A stretch of 63,849 bases of DNA, counting the filler, from an uncultured Methanosarcinales archaeon (lineage in GTDB: Archaea; Nanobdellota; Nanobdellia; Woesearchaeales; GW2011-AR9), in assembly GCA_964434885.1 (NCBI GenBank). It is 6 parts of 6 records of this genome, joined end to end, with 100 filler letters (N's around TTAATTAATTAA, not from the genome) between each part and the next. Parts side by side here need not be neighbours in the genome. Positions count along the whole stretch, not along the records: positions 58,802 to 63,849 come from CAYSWQ010000057.1; 5 more parts are not named here. One strand, written 5' to 3'. Positions 58,803 to 63,849 of this stretch are shown here, in pieces. The notes below the pieces were generated by a model that was not told the origin of the DNA, did no database searches, and saw only the letters and a list, made by a program, of their open reading frames with translations. Each line of letters begins with the position of its first letter. Position 1 is the first letter of the stretch. Position numbers and translations under genes: made by a program.

Positions 58803-59798
58803 GAGGCTAAAAGACCAAGTGATTTACCTAAATTAATTGAAGTTTTAAGGCAGGTACAAAAAGAAGACCCAACCATTAAGATTGAGATTAATGAAGAAAC
58901 AGGAGAACATTTGATGCATGGAATGGGAGAATTACATCTAGAAGTTATTGAAAACCGGATTAAAAGTGATAAAGGTGTAGAAGTACAGACTTCACCACCT
59001 ATTGTTGTTTATCGGGAAGCAATCCAGAAAGAGAGTCCAGAAGTAGAAGGAAAATCTCCGAACAAACACAATAAGTTTTACATTAAGGTTGAACCTTTAG
59101 ATCCAGAGATTGCAGCTGCAATTAAAGAAAACAAGATTCCAGAAGGTAGATTTAAGAAGAAAAATGAATCTGTTATTGCTGGTTTAAGAGAAATTGGATG
59201 GGATGCTAAAAGTGCAGGCAATGTTAAAGCGATTGTTAATGGGAACATGTTTTTGGATGAAACTAGAGGAATTGTTCATATGAATGAAATTATTGAGATG
59301 GTTTTAGACATGTTTGCAGATGTAATGAAAGCAGGACCTTTAGCTAAAGAACCATGTATAAATGTATCTGTTAGTTTAATGGATGTTAAATTGCACGAAG
59401 ATACAATTCACCGTGGACCTGCTCAGGTTTATCCAGCGGTTCGAGAATCATTACGAGGAGCATTAATGCAAGCTGGACCAATCTTGTATGAACCATTACA
59501 AACTTTACGGATTGAAGCCCCTAATGAGTATATGGGTGAATTATCGAAGTTGGTTAGTTCTAAACGAGGACAACTTTTGAGCATGGATCAAGAAGGAGAA
59601 ATCACTGTGATCTTAGCAAAAATGCCTGTAGCAGAATTGATGGGTTGGAGTAATGATTTACGTTCAGCTACTGCTGGTCGAGGGAATAGTTCATTAGTTG
59701 ATCAAGTCTTTGAGAAACTACCTAATGAATTACAAGATAAGATTCGTCAGCAGATTGTTTCTAGGAAAGGTTTGAGTGAAGGAGCTCTTGGAGCTTAA
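58803..59798 (+). CDS. fusA: Elongation factor EF-2, 5'-truncated
   Basis: DLPKLIE.L...KEDP, GMGELHLE, SPNKHN, diphthamide loop HEDTIHRGPAQ. Confidence 0.96.
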   Translation, partial: EAKRPSDLPKLIEVLRQVQKEDPTIKIEINEETGEHLMHGMGELHLEVIENRIKSDKGVEVQTSPPIVVYREAIQKESPEVEGKSPNKHNKFYIKVEPLDPEIAAAIKENKIPEGRFKKKNESVIAGLREIGWDAKSAGNVKAIVNGNMFLDETRGIVHMNEIIEMVLDMFADVMKAGPLAKEPCINVSVSLMDVKLHEDTIHRGPAQVYPAVRESLRGALMQAGPILYEPLQTLRIEAPNEYMGELSKLVSSKRGQLLSMDQEGEITVILAKMPVAELMGWSNDLRSATAGRGNSSLVDQVFEKLPNELQDKIRQQIVSRKGLSEGALGA

Positions 59799-59863
59799 TT
59801 TTTTTGTTTTTTATTTATTTTTTAGTAGTTAATTTTTTAAATGGTTCTAAATTTTTTGTTTGA

Positions 59864-60808
59864 ATGAGTGTAGAAATTTATGGGATGTCGGAATTTAATG
59901 ATTTAATTAAGGATCAATGTGAGTCATTAATTAGTCATTATGTACGAGAAGACCCGGTGAAATTTTGTTCAGGAGCATTTGTTATTCAACCCAATGGAAG
60001 TATTAGAATGTTGCCAAAATTCAAAAAAGATAAGAAAAAAGTAAGGAAAGAATTGGCTTTTTTTGAAGCAACTAAAGATGATTTATCTAGGATAGGGTTA
60101 GAAGATCAAGCATTTTATCATTTAAAGAGAATTGAAAAAATTGGGCGACCTTATTCTTTTGAGAATAAAGGTTTTGGAAAGATTAAGGCAGCAAATTTGC
60201 GTGGACATGATGTGATTATCCTGGATTTTAATGAGATGATTAGGACTTATGTGTCATCTCTAAGGCCAGATACATATAATAAAAATATGCAAGAATTTAG
60301 GCAGATTCTAGCTCATGAAATAACTCATCGAGAATTGGAAAATTGTACATATTTTCAAAATGAAAAAAAATTACGAAGAATAAAAGCGGTATTTTCTAAT
60401 CAGATTTTTAGTCATAGAACGAGAGACGTGAAAACAGGAAAGGGAATAGATTTATCTGAAGTGGTGGAAATTATGGAATCAGGAAAGATTCAAGACAGTC
60501 CATTGGAAGAATTTAGTGTAGAGGAAAGAGAATTCTTATATTTCAAAGGAGTACATAATCCAATACATTATTTGATATTGGATGAATCTTTAGCTTATGC
60601 AGTGCAGAATTCATTAACTGGAAGAGATGAAATATTTTTTGATCATTATGTAAATGATGCACAATTATTTGAAGACACCTATTTCGAGTTGGAAAGAAGA
60701 ATTGATTCAAAAGATAAAGTTAAACCAATAATTAAAGAAGTTATGGGCAGTATAGATTTAGCTTATAATGAGAAAAGAAGCCCGTTAGAAGTGTTGGGAA
60801 TTATATGA
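59864..60808 (+). CDS. Putative zincin metallopeptidase-like protein
   Basis: LAHEITH plus a downstream DESLA third-ligand-like motif. Confidence 0.5.
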   Translation: MSVEIYGMSEFNDLIKDQCESLISHYVREDPVKFCSGAFVIQPNGSIRMLPKFKKDKKKVRKELAFFEATKDDLSRIGLEDQAFYHLKRIEKIGRPYSFENKGFGKIKAANLRGHDVIILDFNEMIRTYVSSLRPDTYNKNMQEFRQILAHEITHRELENCTYFQNEKKLRRIKAVFSNQIFSHRTRDVKTGKGIDLSEVVEIMESGKIQDSPLEEFSVEEREFLYFKGVHNPIHYLILDESLAYAVQNSLTGRDEIFFDHYVNDAQLFEDTYFELERRIDSKDKVKPIIKEVMGSIDLAYNEKRSPLEVLGII

Positions 60809-60905
60809 TTCTTCTTGTTAAAACTAACCAAAATCTTTATAAATAACTCTTAAAACTAGAAGTTAAAACAAACTCAAATTAAACAGAGAGGTAAAACAAT
60901 ATAAA

Positions 60906-62195
60906 ATGGCAAAAGAAAAACCACATATTAACTTGGTAGTAATTGGTCATGTAGATCATGGTAAATCAACTACTGTAGGTAGATTGCTTTTCGATTCAGG
61001 AAATATTGATGAGCAAACTATGAGAAAATTGAAAGAAAAAGCTCAAGAACTAGGAAAAGGCGGCTTCGAATTCGCTTTCGTAATGGATAACTTGAAAGAA
61101 GAACAAGAAAGAGGAGTTACCATTGACTTAGCTCACAAGAGATTTGATACTGAGAAATACTATTTCACTATTATCGATGCTCCTGGGCACAGAGACTTTG
61201 TTAAGAACATGATTACTGGAGCTAGTCAAGCTGATGCAGGAATTGTTACTGTAGCTGCTAATGATGGAGTTATGGCTCAGACTAAAGAACATATTTTCTT
61301 GTCTAAAACATTAGGTGTTGGTCAAATCATCATCGCTGTTAACAAGATGGATATGGTTGATTATGCTGAAGACAAATTTGAAGAAGTTAAAAAGCAAGTT
61401 TCTGCTTTATTAACAAGTGTTGGTTACAAATTGGATGAAATTACATTTATTCCAATTGCTTCTTTGAAAGGAGATAACGTAGCTAAAGCTTCTGAAAACA
61501 TGCCTTGGTACAAAGGAAATACTTTGTTGAAACAATTAGATGAATTCAAAGTTCCTGAAAAACCAACTGAATTACCTTTGAGATTACCTTTACAGGATGT
61601 TTATAACATTACAGGTATTGGAGTAGTTCCAGTAGGAAGAGTTGAAACTGGAATTATGAAAGTAGGAGACAAAGTAACTATTGTTCCTGGTCGAGAAGGA
61701 AAAGGTGTTCCTGGAGAAGTTAAATCTATGGAGATGCACCACGAGCAGATGCAACAAGCTGAACCTGGAGATAACATCGGATTTAACGTTCGAGGTCTAG
61801 GTAAGAAAGATGCTGCACGAGGAGATGTTTTAGGACACTCAGACAAAAAACCTACTGTGGTAACTGAATTTACTGCCCAGGTTGTTGTTTTGAATCATCC
61901 AAGTGTGATTACTATTGGATATACACCTGTATTCCACATCCACACTGCGCAAGTTGCTTGTCAAGTAACTAAGATCATTAAGAAGCTTAATCCAGCTACT
62001 GGTGAAACTTTGGAAGAAAACCCAGACTTCATCAAGAATGGAGACGTAGCTATCTGTCAGATTAAACCTGTACAGCCTTTAGTGATTGAGAAGCAGGGTG
62101 AAATTCCACAGATGAGTAGATTTGCTATCAGAGATAGTGGAACAACTGTGGCAGCTGGAATGTGTACTGATTCTGTTGCAAAAGCAATGGAATAA
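60906..62195 (+). CDS. tuf: Elongation factor EF-1alpha
   Basis: [30 protein letters not shown]. Confidence 0.98.
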   Translation: MAKEKPHINLVVIGHVDHGKSTTVGRLLFDSGNIDEQTMRKLKEKAQELGKGGFEFAFVMDNLKEEQERGVTIDLAHKRFDTEKYYFTIIDAPGHRDFVKNMITGASQADAGIVTVAANDGVMAQTKEHIFLSKTLGVGQIIIAVNKMDMVDYAEDKFEEVKKQVSALLTSVGYKLDEITFIPIASLKGDNVAKASENMPWYKGNTLLKQLDEFKVPEKPTELPLRLPLQDVYNITGIGVVPVGRVETGIMKVGDKVTIVPGREGKGVPGEVKSMEMHHEQMQQAEPGDNIGFNVRGLGKKDAARGDVLGHSDKKPTVVTEFTAQVVVLNHPSVITIGYTPVFHIHTAQVACQVTKIIKKLNPATGETLEENPDFIKNGDVAICQIKPVQPLVIEKQGEIPQMSRFAIRDSGTTVAAGMCTDSVAKAME

Positions 62196-62221
62196 TTTTA
62201 ATTTTTTTCTTTTAATTTTAT

Positions 62222-63547
62222 ATGTTTTCTAAAAAAAAAGTATTACTTATTTATCCTCCATTTTGTACGCCAGCTAGTCCACCTTATTCATTGACTAACT
62301 TACATTCTTTTTTACAAGCAAATTCTAACCACCAGATTGAAATATTAGATTTAAATTTGGAATTTCATAAAATAAAGTTTTTTGATTACAAACAATATTA
62401 TCAACAAAATAAATGGGGAGATTATGATCAAATCACCAAAGAATATCGTAAAGAAACGGCCAAAGTATATTCTGAAAATAATAAAAAAGTAAGGTTGGGT
62501 GAACAACCTGAATTATTTGACATTCTTTTGAAAAAAATTAAAGATCAAAAGCCAGAGGTTATTGCTTTTAGTGTTGTTTACTCCAGCCAAGTATTTTACA
62601 CTTATGCATTGATTAAGCAGCTGAATAAATCAATTAAATGTGTAGTTGGGGGACCAGCAGTTAATGATAAATTAAAAGAAGTGGCTGAAGTAATGTTTAA
62701 CGAAGTTGAGTTTCTGGAATTCTTATCTGGGAAAGTCAATCATAATGATTTGAATACGAATTATTATTTGGATTATTCTCAATTAAAAGATTATTTTGTA
62801 CCTAAACTAGTTATTCCATTAAAAACCACTTCTACTTGTTTTTATAGGGGTTGTACTTTTTGTAATCATTATAAGGATGTGTCTTATCAAGAATATTCTT
62901 TGAAAATAATTAGGGAAACAGTAGTTAATTCTAATGAAAAGTTTTTCTTTTTAGTAGATGATATGATTTCAGTTAAAAGATTGTTACAGCTTGCAGAAAT
63001 ATTTGGTTCATTGGGAGTTGAATGGGCTTGTCAATTAAGGCCCACTAGAGATTTAACTTTAGAAATTTTAAAAAAATTGAAGGGTTTAAAATTTGTAATA
63101 TGGGGAGTAGAATCTGGAAGTGATAGAATTTTGAAATTGATGAACAAAGGAACTATAAGAAAAGATGTTGAAACTGTTTTGAGGGATGCCCATCAAATTG
63201 GGATTAAGAATGTATTGTATATGATGATTGGTTTTCCTACAGAAACTAAAATTGAACTTAAGGAGACTATTGACTTTTTAGAGAACAATCAAGAAAATAT
63301 TGATTTAGTTTCCACTTCTGTTTTTGGTTTGCAGAAAGATACTTTTGTTTATTGCAATCCTCGTCGATTTGGAATTAAGAAAATAATTGAAGAAAAAAGA
63401 ACAATTTTAGAACCCAAAATTTTATATGAGGTGGAGAATCCTGTTGATACAATAGTCTTGAGGAAGAAATATTATCAAATTGTTGGGCAGATAAACAAGT
63501 ATCCGAAAGGAATGAATTTCTTCAGAGAACATATGTTTTTTGTTTAA
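62222..63547 (+). CDS. B12-binding-type radical SAM protein
   Basis: LIYPPF...PP.SL N-terminus, CFYRGCTFC, GVESGS, GFPTET. Confidence 0.85.
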   Translation: MFSKKKVLLIYPPFCTPASPPYSLTNLHSFLQANSNHQIEILDLNLEFHKIKFFDYKQYYQQNKWGDYDQITKEYRKETAKVYSENNKKVRLGEQPELFDILLKKIKDQKPEVIAFSVVYSSQVFYTYALIKQLNKSIKCVVGGPAVNDKLKEVAEVMFNEVEFLEFLSGKVNHNDLNTNYYLDYSQLKDYFVPKLVIPLKTTSTCFYRGCTFCNHYKDVSYQEYSLKIIRETVVNSNEKFFFLVDDMISVKRLLQLAEIFGSLGVEWACQLRPTRDLTLEILKKLKGLKFVIWGVESGSDRILKLMNKGTIRKDVETVLRDAHQIGIKNVLYMMIGFPTETKIELKETIDFLENNQENIDLVSTSVFGLQKDTFVYCNPRRFGIKKIIEEKRTILEPKILYEVENPVDTIVLRKKYYQIVGQINKYPKGMNFFREHMFFV

Positions 63548-63672
63548 TAGAATGACACTAAATAAAAAACTAAGAATCTAACAATAAACTTTATAAATAA
63601 CCACCAGTATTAACAATAAACTACAGCAAATCAGGTTTGTTGTGGTGGCTAAACAAAACAAATGTGAAAGAA

Positions 63673-63849
63673 ATGGCACAAAGAGCAAGAATAAAATTAG
63701 CAAGTACGGAAATCGGAAAGATTAATGGTATCTGTAGTAGTATTAAGGACATCGCTGATAAAACAGGCGTTGACTTCAGAGGACCTATTCCTTTACCTAC
63801 TAAGAAATTAAAATTAACAACTAGAAAAAGTCCATGTGGTGATGGAAAA
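63673..63849 (+). CDS. rpsJ: 30S ribosomal protein S10, 3'-truncated
   Basis: Not in the ORF track; [11 protein letters not shown]...[20 protein letters not shown]. Confidence 0.95.
   Translation, partial: MAQRARIKLASTEIGKINGICSSIKDIADKTGVDFRGPIPLPTKKLKLTTRKSPCGDGK

Noticed and set aside
1199..61846. Many short antisense or overlapping track ORFs (e.g. 2905, 5235, 7649, 18277, 26877, 40829, 54432, 56737, 61601)
   Set aside because: Shadows of well-supported genes on the other strand or in another frame.
1..63849. CRISPR array, rRNA, prophage
   Set aside because: No repeat-spacer periodicity, no long GC-rich rRNA-like tract and no viral hallmark genes were seen.

Overview
AT-rich archaeal DNA, most likely a DPANN/Woesearchaeota-like (Nanoarchaeia) metagenome bin. 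The archaeal markers are EF-2, EF-1alpha, S10, GatD, RFC, proteasome beta, aCPSF1/FttA and BHB tRNA introns. Many bacterial-type genes are also present (selU, aspS, lspA, ahcY, rhlE-like helicase, malic enzyme, hppA). The window is six separate contigs joined by artificial 100-nt N44-TTAATTAATTAA-N44 spacers, so gene order across the spacers carries no meaning. The strongest signal is a membrane-excitability cluster (14.9-24.9 kb). It contains a voltage-sensor domain (S1-S4, very long Arg-x-x S4) fused to an APC amino-acid permease and a degenerate methyltransferase fold, a stand-alone voltage-sensor protein, a Kv channel, MscS and two more APC paralogues, partly arranged as a duplicated divergent unit. 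Other notable elements: an unannotated ~150-nt RNA of two tandem UUCG-capped rods, each with a bulge-helix-bulge motif (55.3 kb); a 178-bp fold-back MITE with an 8-bp target duplication whose bulged core recurs with covariation at 45.5 kb; an attC-like hairpin beside a divergent tyrosine recombinase; a tRNA-Leu with two introns; a tRNA-Ser with a duplicated 5' end; an MTAP-APRT fusion; and two ORFs broken by in-frame TAG. All calls come from reading motifs by eye; no database searches were run.
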